From positions 9,307-73,306 of the forward strand of contig NZ_JAFMHJ010000010.1 of assembly GCF_017854565.1 (NCBI RefSeq): a DNA stretch of 64,000 bases. The letters run 5' to 3'. How positions within the stretch are numbered: position 1 is the first letter of the stretch; every line of letters starts with the position of its first letter. The position numbers and the translations under genes were made by a program. The stretch is from Yoonia sp. GTDB taxonomy: Bacteria > Pseudomonadota > Alphaproteobacteria > Rhodobacterales > Rhodobacteraceae. The notes below the pieces were generated by a model. It saw only the letters and a program-made list of their open reading frames with translations. It was not told the DNA's origin and ran no database searches. Below, one piece after another: positions 8,126 through 17,309 of this stretch.

Positions 8126-9189
8126 GCGTGACCTGCGGCGATCAAGGTGCGTGCGACCACGCGAAACGCCTCTGCCTGCGGGCTGTCGGGTTTGGATACG
8201 ACAATCGGCGCGCCCCCGTCGGCGGCCAGACGGATGTCCAGATGCAAGGGCAATTCAGCCAACAGGGGCACCCCCAGCTTTGCCGCCTCTGCCGCCACGC
8301 CGCCATGGCCAAAGGTGTGTTCCTCGTGGCCGCAGTTGGAGCAGATGTGCGTGCTCATGTTTTCGATCATGCCAATGATCGGGGTGCCCAGCTGGTTGAA
8401 CATATCAATGCCCTTGCGCGCGTCGATCAGGGCCACGTCCTGCGGCGTCGAGACGATCACGGCACCTGTCACGTCGAACTTTTGCGCCAGTGTCATCTGC
8501 ACATCGCCGGTGCCGGGGGGCAGGTCCACGATCAGCACGTCAAGCGCGCCCCATTGCACCTGATTCATCATCTGCTGCAACGCGCCCATCAACATCGGGC
8601 CGCGCCAGACAACGGCCTGATCATCGTTTTGCATCAGGCCGATCGACATCATCGTCACGCCGTGGTTGCGCATCGGCAGGATCGTCTTGCCATCGGGTGA
8701 CGCAGGACGCCCCGAAACACCCAGCATACGGGGCTGCGATGGCCCGTAGACATCGGCGTCCAGCAGGCCAACGCGGCGCCCTTCGGCGGCCAGCGCACAG
8801 GCCAGATTGGCCGAGACCGTGGATTTGCCCACGCCGCCCTTGCCCGAGGCAATCGCAAGGATGCGATCAATGCCGGGGATCTTCTGCGGGCCCTTGGGTT
8901 CGGATTTACGCTGCGGCTTCAGATCCGGCGGCGCGGCAGGCGTGGTGTGCGCGGTCATGATGGCCGACACGTTGCCGATGCCCGGCATCGCCCTGAGCGC
9001 CGCTTCGGCTGCGGCGCGCACGGGTTCCATTTGTTGGGCCAGTGCAGGGGCCACTTCAAAGACAAAGCGCACGTTGCCGTCATCGACATTCAAGGCCCGG
9101 ACCAAACCGGCAGCCATGATATCATCGCCCGAGGCGGGGTCTTCAATCGTTTTCAGGGTCGCAATGACCGCGTCGCGGGTGATGCTCAC
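8122..9189 (-). CDS. apbC: Mrp/NBP35/ApbC-type iron-sulfur cluster carrier ATPase
   Basis: N-terminal DUF59/MIP18-like domain, deviant Walker A SGKGGVGKST and the CSNCGHEE CxxC motif. 355 aa. Confidence 0.9.
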   Translation of the reverse strand: MSITRDAVIATLKTIEDPASGDDIMAAGLVRALNVDDGNVRFVFEVAPALAQQMEPVRAAAEAALRAMPGIGNVSAIMTAHTTPAAPPDLKPQRKSEPKGPQKIPGIDRILAIASGKGGVGKSTVSANLACALAAEGRRVGLLDADVYGPSQPRMLGVSGRPASPDGKTILPMRNHGVTMMSIGLMQNDDQAVVWRGPMLMGALQQMMNQVQWGALDVLIVDLPPGTGDVQMTLAQKFDVTGAVIVSTPQDVALIDARKGIDMFNQLGTPIIGMIENMSTHICSNCGHEEHTFGHGGVAAEAAKLGVPLLAELPLHLDIRLAADGGAPIVVSKPDSPQAEAFRVVARTLIAAGHA

Positions 9190-9381
9190 TTACGCGTCCT
9201 TCCCGCTGATTTTGCCAGTCACGACATGCTCCAGACCCAGTTCGGGAATGGACAGGACCATCTTGGCTTCAAATGTCTTGCCGGGCGCTGCGTTGCGCAT
9301 CGCCTCTTCAATCGCTTGCTGCGATGTGACGCCGACCTGCTTGAGAAACTTGCGCATGGACATGTTGAAATCTTCGCTCAT
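9190..9381 (-). CDS. small conserved hypothetical protein (63 aa, DUF6494-like)
   Basis: Its stop abuts the apbC start with no gap. Sequence MSEDFNMSMRKFLKQVGVTSQQAIEEAMRNA..., soluble and helical. Confidence 0.55.
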   Translation of the reverse strand: MSEDFNMSMRKFLKQVGVTSQQAIEEAMRNAAPGKTFEAKMVLSIPELGLEHVVTGKISGKDA

Positions 9382-9444
9382 TTTCGTCTCCTGTCTGTTG
9401 CGCGCGATTGACGCTGCGGGGTTCGTCCCGCTAGCGTGGTCACC

Positions 9445-10185
9445 ATGCGCATTTTCCTAATTCTTCTGTGGCTCATACCTATAAGCGCTGGCGCGCAAGA
9501 CAACAGCATTCGGCTGGCGATCCCTGATCCTTTGTTGGAAACCGGGTTTATGGACTACTTGCTGCCGCGTTTTTCGCTCAAATCCGCGATCCGCGTGGAC
9601 CGTGTGCCCGTTGGTGCGCCCGCCGATCTGGTCCTGACCCGCGAACCCGCCGGGCAAGTGGTGTTCATTGGCGCCGATGCGCAGTGGTATCTGGACACGC
9701 AGATCGACAGCCCGACCGCCATGCGGTTCGCCGATTGGCTGACATCTGATGCGGGGGGCCGCGCCATCACAGGCTTTCAGCCGCAGGGTGACACGATATT
9801 CCTGTTGCCGCAACCCGACGCACCTGTCGTGGTCCGGGTCCCGATCAACCCGGCGCTGGCGGCCAAAGGGGGCGATCTGTCGCTGGATCACTGTGGGCGC
9901 TGTCATGTGGTCAGCGATGCCAACCGGATGAAGGGTATCGGCTCGACCCCGTCTTTTGCGCTGATCCGCACATTTTCCGACTGGGACACCCGGTTTCAAA
10001 CCTTTTACGTGCTCAAGCCGCACCCCGCCTTCACCCAGATCACGGATGTGACGGACCCATTCGATCCCGCGCGCCCATCGCCCATCGTGCCCCTGCACAT
10101 CACGGCAGAGGACCTGGACGCAATCATCGCCTTTGTGGCGACGATTGCCCCCGCTGATCTGGGCGCACCTATGCAATCTCAGTGA
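9445..10185 (+). CDS. periplasmic protein with a single CxxCH heme-c motif
   Basis: ORF 9436..10185, ATG at 9445. Signal peptide MRIFLILLWLIPISAGA. CGRCH motif in the middle. The segment FADWLTSDAGGRAITGF..GDTIFLL echoes the TupA C-terminus LEDWLTSPRAAELINSY..GETLFTF. Confidence 0.6.
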   Translation: MRIFLILLWLIPISAGAQDNSIRLAIPDPLLETGFMDYLLPRFSLKSAIRVDRVPVGAPADLVLTREPAGQVVFIGADAQWYLDTQIDSPTAMRFADWLTSDAGGRAITGFQPQGDTIFLLPQPDAPVVVRVPINPALAAKGGDLSLDHCGRCHVVSDANRMKGIGSTPSFALIRTFSDWDTRFQTFYVLKPHPAFTQITDVTDPFDPARPSPIVPLHITAEDLDAIIAFVATIAPADLGAPMQSQ

Positions 10186-12146
10186 TCCTTGCGCTTTGAC
10201 AGGTAGTCATCGGTCGTGCGGACGCGCGGGCGCTCTGCCCCGGCGAAGGGATTGTTTTCCGAATGATACTGCGCCTGTATCCGACAATTGTCACACATCT
10301 GGATCATCCGGGCCGCTGCCGGATTGGCGAACATCGCGTGTTTCCCGGCCAGCTTTTCGGTGATCTTGTCGATCGTTGATTTGACACCGAACAGGTTGCC
10401 GCATTCGACGCAGGCAAACGGCTCTTCTTCGTGCAATACCACCTGGGCAAATGCGCCATCAGTCAGGTTCAACTGCGGCTTGAGGGTAATCGCATTCTCG
10501 GGGCAGATGTTGCTGCACAGACCGCACTGCAAACACGCATCTTCCTGAAACCGCAACTGCGGCTTGTCTTCGTTGTCCATCAACGCGCCCGATGGGCAAA
10601 GCGATACGCATGACAGACACAGGGTACAGGCATCGGTATCCACCAGAACCGCGCCATAGGGGGCGGTGTCGGGCAGGGGGATGATCGTGGCATCCGTCAG
10701 CGCCTTGGCTGCCGTCCGCGCCACTTGGCGTCGCGAACCCATGGGCAGGATCGGGCTTGCGACGGCGCGCGCCTCTGTGCCGTCAAACAAGGTGTCCGAC
10801 AAGGCGTCGGGGTCTGCAATATCCAGCAGCCGGATCGCCTTGCCGCTGATCGCCAGTCCCAGCGCCAGTTCGCGCGACAACGTATCGCGGTCCGACTTGG
10901 GCGACAGCAAAATATCTACGGTCGCAAATCCAGCCCCCAGACCTGCCAACATCTCGGCATGGCCGAAACCAGCCAGCGCCGTCACTTCCAGAGGGATCAC
11001 ATTCGCGGGCAGACCGCGCCCGAAACGTGCAGCCAGCTGGATCATTTCGATCCCGTGGCTGTCATCATGCACCAGCAACCGCGGCTGGGTCCCGCCGGCC
11101 TTGCGAAACGTGCTGGCCAGCGTTTGGATGCGGCGGAACAGGCTGTCGACTGGCGGGGCATCAAACGTAATAGCCCCCGAAGGACAAAGCGCCGAACACG
11201 CGCCGCACCCGGCACAGATCATCGGATCAATCGCCACATGTTCGCCCGCCGACGTGATCGCACCCGTCGGGCAGGCATTCAGGCAATTCGAACAGGCCGG
11301 TTGTTCGGCACGCGAATGCGCACAAAGCGATGGTTCAAGCCGCACATACAGCGGCTTTTCAAAGGTGCCGACCATCTGTGCCGCCTCAAACACGGCATCG
11401 GCAACCGATGGTGCATGCTTGGGATCGGCGCGCAGATAGCCGTCACGCTTTTCATGGGCTGAAAACAGCGGCGTATCGCCTGACAGGTCCAGTATGATGT
11501 CGCACTGCGACGTGGCGCCATCCTGCGGCGCGGAAAACCGGGGGTGGCCCCGCCCGCCCGGCTCGAGGTTCTGGACGGCATCCAGCCGCAGATCGAACGC
11601 GCCCAGTGATCCGCTCGCCCGTGTCACCCGGCCTTTGATCACATCGAAGCGGTCCGTTGCATCAGGATCGCTGGCATCGGTCAAAAGCAAGGTCACGCTC
11701 AGCACCTCACCCAGCTTTGCGGCCGCGTCCAGCGCGACCTGACCCGCGCCGATAATCAGGCAAACCCCATCTGACGTTACGTCACGTACCTTGGGTTCGA
11801 TCTGCGGCAGCAACGCTTCCGCCGCGAGGGCCGCCATCTTTGGACCATTTGTCGCAGGGTCATCAGACCAACCCGCCCGGTCGCGCAGATCTACAAAAAG
11901 TGGTAACTCCGCGTTAACTTCTTGGGCGATTTCTTCAAAAATGCTCTGCTCTTGACCGCAGGCGATGATTACTCCGCCATTTGTGATCGCTTTTGTCGCG
12001 CTCTCGATTTCTTTTGTGCACAAAGCGGTGTGTAAACGCGAACACTTCAGGCCGGTTGCACCCTCAATCGCGGCTGTGTCTATTGTTTGGCTTCCCAAAC
12101 AATCACATATAATCAATTGTTTAACTGTATTTGGCTGTTGGGTCAT
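10179..12146 (-). CDS. large cytoplasmic polyferredoxin (4Fe-4S dicluster domains, Rossmann-like GxGxxA segment, C-terminal CxxC...CxxC)
   Basis: ORF 10179..12251. ATG 12146 (MTQQPNTVKQL) is preceded by GGGAGAGA. Motifs: CAGCGACSALCP, CTLCLSCVSLCP, CLQCGLCSNICP, the variant C..CSNCLNACP, LIIGAGQVALDAAAKLG, and CVECG...CDNC. Confidence 0.8.
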   Translation of the reverse strand: MTQQPNTVKQLIICDCLGSQTIDTAAIEGATGLKCSRLHTALCTKEIESATKAITNGGVIIACGQEQSIFEEIAQEVNAELPLFVDLRDRAGWSDDPATNGPKMAALAAEALLPQIEPKVRDVTSDGVCLIIGAGQVALDAAAKLGEVLSVTLLLTDASDPDATDRFDVIKGRVTRASGSLGAFDLRLDAVQNLEPGGRGHPRFSAPQDGATSQCDIILDLSGDTPLFSAHEKRDGYLRADPKHAPSVADAVFEAAQMVGTFEKPLYVRLEPSLCAHSRAEQPACSNCLNACPTGAITSAGEHVAIDPMICAGCGACSALCPSGAITFDAPPVDSLFRRIQTLASTFRKAGGTQPRLLVHDDSHGIEMIQLAARFGRGLPANVIPLEVTALAGFGHAEMLAGLGAGFATVDILLSPKSDRDTLSRELALGLAISGKAIRLLDIADPDALSDTLFDGTEARAVASPILPMGSRRQVARTAAKALTDATIIPLPDTAPYGAVLVDTDACTLCLSCVSLCPSGALMDNEDKPQLRFQEDACLQCGLCSNICPENAITLKPQLNLTDGAFAQVVLHEEEPFACVECGNLFGVKSTIDKITEKLAGKHAMFANPAAARMIQMCDNCRIQAQYHSENNPFAGAERPRVRTTDDYLSKRKDH

Positions 12147-12338
12147 TGGCTCTCTCCCGCGGTTCTGCGCTTCCGCAGTCGGCAGAGTGTAGCCATGTAT
12201 TGCCGGGAACGTAAACCGGAAACGGTGTCGTGATATGCCGCATCGCAGCATCGCATTTTAGCAAAAAAGTGCTTTCCGAACAGTCCGATTTGGTCCAGCA
12301 TAGAGGTTAACGACGTCCGAGAAAGCCCGAGGAAAATT

Positions 12339-12902
12339 GTGATCCACAATCCGCATCAATACCAGACCATGCCCTTGGGCATTGTCGTGCGACGCGCGCC
12401 CGGTGCGACGCGTTGGGCCAAGTGGGCATGGAAAGTGGTTTCGGTTCTTCCCGGTGCTGCGGGTGCGGATTGGAAACCGCTGCGCGAAGACGGCGATGTG
12501 GTTGAATATCATGCCGCAACCCGCCCGCTGGAATTGCACGGTGCCGAATGCGAAGCCTATATGGCCGGTTTGGCCGATAAAACACCCGCCGTTTACGTCG
12601 TAATGCGCCGCAGCGATGATGCTCAACGCCCGTTCGATGTGCTGTTGGTGACCGCTTCACCCTACGAGGCGCAGGATTACTGCGACAACGGCGAAGACAT
12701 CGTCGAAAAAGTCGCGATGCCGGATGGTATCATCGGCTGGGTCCGCGACTTTACCGACCGCTTTTTCGAAGAAGAAGTGTTCATAAAGCGGCGCCGCGAC
12801 AAGCATCGGACGGACCGGGTCGAGGATGGCGTTGGCGATGCGCGCATCCAGCAGTTGACGGATGTCTACCGTGCGCCGGGCCGCAAGGATCCAGCCGCAT
12901 GA
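12339..12902 (+). CDS. DUF3305 domain protein
   Basis: 187-aa ORF divergent from the polyferredoxin gene. LGIVVRRAPGATRWAKWAWKVVSVLPG...VYVVMRR matches my recollection of DUF3305. The start is uncertain (GTG 12339 or ATG 12369). Confidence 0.65.
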   Translation: MIHNPHQYQTMPLGIVVRRAPGATRWAKWAWKVVSVLPGAAGADWKPLREDGDVVEYHAATRPLELHGAECEAYMAGLADKTPAVYVVMRRSDDAQRPFDVLLVTASPYEAQDYCDNGEDIVEKVAMPDGIIGWVRDFTDRFFEEEVFIKRRRDKHRTDRVEDGVGDARIQQLTDVYRAPGRKDPAA

Positions 12903-13498
12903 CCAAACCCGCAAGTGATTTCTGGTCGCGCCGCAAGGCAAAGGTCGCAGACGAGGCAGAGGCCGAGGTGGCGCTGCAGCCGGACGTTGCACCCGAGGTG
13001 TCGACAGAAGACCTGTCTGACGAAGAAATTCTGGCTGTGCTGGAACTGCCTGACCCCGATACGCTGGTGCTGGGCGACGACATCAAGGGCTTTATGTCCA
13101 AGGCGGTCCCCGAACATCTGCGCCGCCGGGCGCTGCGCAAGCTATGGCGTTTGAACCCCGTTTTGGCCTGTCTGGACGGCTTGAACGACTATGACGGCGA
13201 TTTCACCGATGCGGCAACCGTGTTTCCCGACATGAAGACCGCATATCAGGTCGGCAAGGGCATGTTGGCCCATGTGCAGGAAATGGCACGTCAAGCAGAG
13301 GTTTTGCTAGCTTCGAACACAGATGACGTTGTAGAACAAATAGGGGAGCAAAATTCAGATGAGAATCAAGAGGTTGATACCGTGATCGCGGAGGCGCCCA
13401 AAGCGCCCCAAGCCGTTGCATCACAGGGTCATGCCGCGCCGCGCCGTCGGATGCGCATGTCATTTGAACAAGACGCCCCGTCGGAGATGACATCATGA
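12899..13498 (+). CDS. DUF3306 domain protein
   Basis: ATGA overlap with the upstream gene. N-terminus FWSRRKAKV, acidic linker, and LRRRALRKLWRLNPVLACLDGLNDYDGDFTD are typical of DUF3306. Confidence 0.65.
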   Translation: MTKPASDFWSRRKAKVADEAEAEVALQPDVAPEVSTEDLSDEEILAVLELPDPDTLVLGDDIKGFMSKAVPEHLRRRALRKLWRLNPVLACLDGLNDYDGDFTDAATVFPDMKTAYQVGKGMLAHVQEMARQAEVLLASNTDDVVEQIGEQNSDENQEVDTVIAEAPKAPQAVASQGHAAPRRRMRMSFEQDAPSEMTS

Positions 13499-14106
13499 GC
13501 GCGATGGCGGATATAGCCGAAACCAGCACCGAAGACCGTATGCGTGCTGATCTATATAATTATCTTGGGCTAATGCTGTCCGCTCCGCCCGATGAGATGT
13601 TGCTCGCGCAGACTGCTGATCTTCAGGGAGACGACAGTGTGCTGGGCAAATCAATCACGCAACTTGCGCGCGTGGCCAAAGTGTCAAAGCCCAAGGCAGT
13701 GCGAAGCGAGTTTAACGCGCTGTTCATCGGGCTTGGCCGGGGCGAGCTTTTGCCATTTGCCAGCTATTACCTCACCGGCTTTCTAAACGAAAAGCCGCTC
13801 GCCGCATTGCGTGGCGATATGATGGCGCGCGGCATTGCGCGTGCGCCCAATGTTTTCGAACCAGAAGACAACATCGCCTCCTTGCTGGAGATGATGGGTG
13901 GGCTGATCGTCGGGCGTTTCGCCGGGCCGGCGGCGGATCTGCAAAGTCAGAAGGTGTTTTTTAACAAGCATGTCGGGTCTTGGGCAGGTCACTTTTTCAG
14001 TGACCTTGAAGCTGCGAAAAATTCGGTTCTCTATGCCTCGGTTGGGGCAGTGGGGCGAAATTTGATGGATATCGAACGCGAAGCGTTTCGAATGATAGCG
14101 GATTAA
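13495..14106 (+). CDS. TorD/DmsD-family redox-enzyme maturation chaperone
   Basis: ATGA overlap with the upstream gene. RADLYNYLGLMLSAPP...EFNALFIGLGRGELLPFASYYLTGF is the TorD-family core. Confidence 0.8.
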   Translation: MSAMADIAETSTEDRMRADLYNYLGLMLSAPPDEMLLAQTADLQGDDSVLGKSITQLARVAKVSKPKAVRSEFNALFIGLGRGELLPFASYYLTGFLNEKPLAALRGDMMARGIARAPNVFEPEDNIASLLEMMGGLIVGRFAGPAADLQSQKVFFNKHVGSWAGHFFSDLEAAKNSVLYASVGAVGRNLMDIEREAFRMIAD

Positions 14107-14158
14107 TCCGTGGATAACGGCGGGACCCCCGCCAAAAGAAGAGAAGGGAAACGGTCAC

Positions 14159-14344
14159 ATGGCCAATGAAAAAGAAGTCGGCGCAAGCCGTCGTAATTTT
14201 CTCAAACTCGGAATTGCAGCACCAGCACTCGTTGCCGCAGCGGCGTCGGGAACAGCGGCAGCGGCACAGCCGGTCGATCTGACATCCGGAAAAATGCAAG
14301 ACACCGATCATACCCGCGCCTACTTGGCCAGTGCCCGGTTCTAA
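14159..14344 (+). CDS. 61-aa twin-arginine signal peptide protein (formate dehydrogenase region Tat target)
   Basis: SRRNFLKLGIAAPALVAAAASGTAAAA is a Tat signal. The gene lies directly upstream of fdhA. Confidence 0.7.
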   Translation: MANEKEVGASRRNFLKLGIAAPALVAAAASGTAAAAQPVDLTSGKMQDTDHTRAYLASARF

Positions 14345-14419
14345 GGATTTTCGGGTCTTGGCCCGAAGTAACGCAACCCAGCGAGACCGGGTCAGCCGGT
14401 GCCAGCAAGGGAGAGAAGA

Positions 14420-17296
14420 ATGTTAAAGAAAAAGACCAACGGGGTCGCCCGACGTGCCAGCATCGACACGCAAGCGACCAAAGGATCTGTCGACCGGCGT
14501 ACGTTCCTGCGCGGGTCCGGCCTGACAATCGGCGGTTTGGCCGCGATTGCAGCGACGGGTGGCAATGTAACCGCCGCGCACGCACAGCAGGCCGTCAATA
14601 ACGCCGTTCAGACGATCAAATCCATTTGTACGCATTGTTCAGTGGGCTGTACCGTGATTGCCGAAGTCGACAATGGCGTCTGGACAGGTCAGGAACCCGG
14701 CTGGGACAGCCCGTTCAATCTGGGTGCGCATTGCGCCAAAGGTGCGGCCGTGCGCGAACATGCCCATGGTGAGCGTCGCCTGAAGTACCCAATGAAAAAA
14801 GAGAACGGCGAATGGGTTCGTATCAGCTGGGAAACCGCGATCGACGAAATCGGCGATAAGATGTTGCAGATCCGCGAAGAAAGCGGTCCTGACTCGGTCT
14901 ACTGGCTTGGTTCCGCCAAGCACAACAATGAACAGGCCTATCTGTTCCGCAAATTTGCGGCCTATTGGGGCACCAACAACGTCGATCACCAGGCGCGCAT
15001 CTGCCACTCGACCACGGTTGCCGGTGTGGCGAACACATGGGGCTACGGCGCCATGACCAACAGCTACAATGACATGCATAACTCCAAGGCGATCTTTCTG
15101 ATCGGCGGCAACCCGGCAGAAGCACACCCGGTGTCGCTGCTGCACATGCTCAAAGCCAAAGAGCAGAACAACGCGCCATTGATCGTGTGCGATCCGCGTT
15201 TCACACGGACTGCGGCCCATGCTGACGAATATGTACGCTTCCGGCCCGGCTCGGACGTTGCATTGGTCTGGGGTATCCTGTGGCACATCTTTGAAAACGG
15301 ATGGGAAGACAAAGAGTTCATCCGCACCCGCGTTTGGGGCATGGATCAGATCCAGGACGAAGTGAAAAAGTGGAACCCGGAGGAAGTCGAGCGCGTCACC
15401 GGTGCCCCCGGTGAACAGCTGCGCCGCGTGGCCTTTACCTTGGCAAACAACCGTCCCGGCACCGTGATCTGGTGCATGGGTGGCACGCAGCACACCAACG
15501 GTAACAACAACACCCGCGCTTACTGCATCCTTCAGCTTGCTCTTGGCAACATGGGTACATCCGGCGGCGGCACGAACATTTTCCGCGGTCACGACAACGT
15601 GCAGGGCGCGACGGACCTTGGCGTTCTGGCCGATACGCTGCCCGGCTACTACGGTCTGGCACCGGGATCATGGGCGCACTGGGCACGTGTCTGGAACGAG
15701 GATCTGGATTGGCTCAAGGGTCGGTTCTCGGATGCGTCTTATGGCGACACGTCGATGATGAACCTCAACGGTATCACGGTCGGTCGCTGGATCGACGGTG
15801 TGCTGGAAGACAAGGAAAACATCGACCAGCCCGATAATACCCGTGCGATGGTGCTGTGGGGCCACGCGCCCAACTCGCAGACCCGTCAGAAGGAAATGAA
15901 GACGGCGATGGAAAAACTCGACCTGTTGGTCGTTGTGGACCCTTATCCAACCGTATCTGCCGTGCTGCATGATCGTACCGATGGCGTGTATCTGCTGCCC
16001 GCTTGTACCCAGTTCGAAACCCGTGGTTCTGTCACCGCTTCAAACCGTTCGTTGCAGTGGCGTGACAAAGTGGTCGAGCCACTCTTCGAGAGCCTTCCAG
16101 ACCACACGATCATGGCGAAATTCGCCACCAAGTTCGGGTTTGCGGATAAAATCTTCCGCAACATCGCTGTGGATGAAGCCGGTGAGCCAAACATCGAAGA
16201 CCTCACCCGCGAATTCAACAGCGGTATGTGGACGATCGGTTATACTGGCCAAAGCCCTGAGCGCTTGAAAATGCACATGGCCAACCAGCACACCTTCGAC
16301 CGCACGACGCTGCGTGCGATCGGTGGCCCGGCCGATGGTGATTTCTACGGTCTGCCATGGCCTTGCTGGGGTACCGCCGAGATGAACCACCCCGGTTCGG
16401 CGAACCTCTATGATATCTCCATTCCTGTCGCCGAAGGTGGCATGGGCTTCCGTGCCCGCTACGGGGTAGAGCGGGATGGCGACAATCTGCTGGCCGAAGG
16501 CGTCTACCCGGTTGGGTCGGAAATTCAGGACGGTTACCCTGAATTCACGATGCAGATGCTGATGGATCTGGGCTGGGACGGTGATCTGACCGCAGACGAG
16601 CGTGCTGCGATTGATGCCGTTGCCGGGGCAAGCACCAACTGGAAAACCGACCTTTCGGGCGGTATCCAGCGGGTTGCGATCAAACATGGCTGTGCCCCTT
16701 ATGGCAACGCCAAGGCCCGCGCCGTGGTCTGGACCTTCCCTGATCCGGTACCGCTGCACCGCGAACCGCTGTACAGCAACCGCCGCGATCTGGTCGCTGA
16801 TTACCCGACCTACGAAGACCGCAAGTTCTGGCGCGTTCCAACCCTTTACAAGTCAATCCAGCAGAATGATTTCTCGCAAGAGTATCCGATCATCCTGACC
16901 TCTGGCCGTCTTGTGGAATACGAGGGTGGCGGCGACGAAAGCCGGTCCAACCCATGGTTGGCCGAGCTTCAACAGGACATGTTCGTGGAAATCAACACCC
17001 GCGATGCCAACAACCTTGGTGTCCGTGACGGCGCACAAGTCTGGGTCGAAGGCCCGGAGGGTGGCAAAGTCAAGGTGATGGCAATGGTCACCGAACGGGT
17101 GGGCGTGGGCGTTGCCTTCATGCCATTCCACTTTGGTGGTCACCTCGAAGGCAAGGATCTGCGCGACAAGTATCCCGACGGTGCAGACCCGTTTGTCTTG
17201 GGCGAAAGCAGCAACACCGCACAAACATATGGCTACGATTCAGTGACCCAGATGCAAGAGACCAAAGCGACCCTCTGCAAAATCTGGACAGCGTAA
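14420..17296 (+). CDS. fdhA: formate dehydrogenase catalytic subunit (Mo/W-bisPGD), Tat-exported, Cys variant
   Basis: ORF 14399..17296. ATG 14420 follows AGGGAGAGAA. Tat motif DRRTFLRGSG. The 4Fe-4S motif is CTHCSVGC..C. The active-site region HQARICHSTT uses TGC (15002-15004) where Sec enzymes carry TGA. Confidence 0.92.
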   Translation: MLKKKTNGVARRASIDTQATKGSVDRRTFLRGSGLTIGGLAAIAATGGNVTAAHAQQAVNNAVQTIKSICTHCSVGCTVIAEVDNGVWTGQEPGWDSPFNLGAHCAKGAAVREHAHGERRLKYPMKKENGEWVRISWETAIDEIGDKMLQIREESGPDSVYWLGSAKHNNEQAYLFRKFAAYWGTNNVDHQARICHSTTVAGVANTWGYGAMTNSYNDMHNSKAIFLIGGNPAEAHPVSLLHMLKAKEQNNAPLIVCDPRFTRTAAHADEYVRFRPGSDVALVWGILWHIFENGWEDKEFIRTRVWGMDQIQDEVKKWNPEEVERVTGAPGEQLRRVAFTLANNRPGTVIWCMGGTQHTNGNNNTRAYCILQLALGNMGTSGGGTNIFRGHDNVQGATDLGVLADTLPGYYGLAPGSWAHWARVWNEDLDWLKGRFSDASYGDTSMMNLNGITVGRWIDGVLEDKENIDQPDNTRAMVLWGHAPNSQTRQKEMKTAMEKLDLLVVVDPYPTVSAVLHDRTDGVYLLPACTQFETRGSVTASNRSLQWRDKVVEPLFESLPDHTIMAKFATKFGFADKIFRNIAVDEAGEPNIEDLTREFNSGMWTIGYTGQSPERLKMHMANQHTFDRTTLRAIGGPADGDFYGLPWPCWGTAEMNHPGSANLYDISIPVAEGGMGFRARYGVERDGDNLLAEGVYPVGSEIQDGYPEFTMQMLMDLGWDGDLTADERAAIDAVAGASTNWKTDLSGGIQRVAIKHGCAPYGNAKARAVVWTFPDPVPLHREPLYSNRRDLVADYPTYEDRKFWRVPTLYKSIQQNDFSQEYPIILTSGRLVEYEGGGDESRSNPWLAELQQDMFVEINTRDANNLGVRDGAQVWVEGPEGGKVKVMAMVTERVGVGVAFMPFHFGGHLEGKDLRDKYPDGADPFVLGESSNTAQTYGYDSVTQMQETKATLCKIWTA

Positions 17297-17309
17297 GGAG
17301 AACAAGAAG

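Noticed and set aside
9395-9410. A CGATTGA heptamer in the DUF6494/cytochrome divergent promoter, considered as another copy of the tup/fdh motif.
   Set aside because: Only 7 nt match. About 8 chance occurrences of a heptamer are expected in 2 x 64 kb, so this is not evidence on its own.
11960-12146. An AT-richer patch at the 5' end of the polyferredoxin gene, considered as a second foreign insert.
   Set aside because: It stays in frame with the rest of the protein, encodes a plausible N-terminal Cys-containing domain and has no flanking repeats. It is probably ordinary 5'-end codon bias.
14420-17296. Possible selenocysteine recoding (in-frame TGA plus a SECIS element) in fdhA.
   Set aside because: The reading frame is continuous. 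The position equivalent to Sec in FdnG-type enzymes is a TGC Cys codon (15002-15004).
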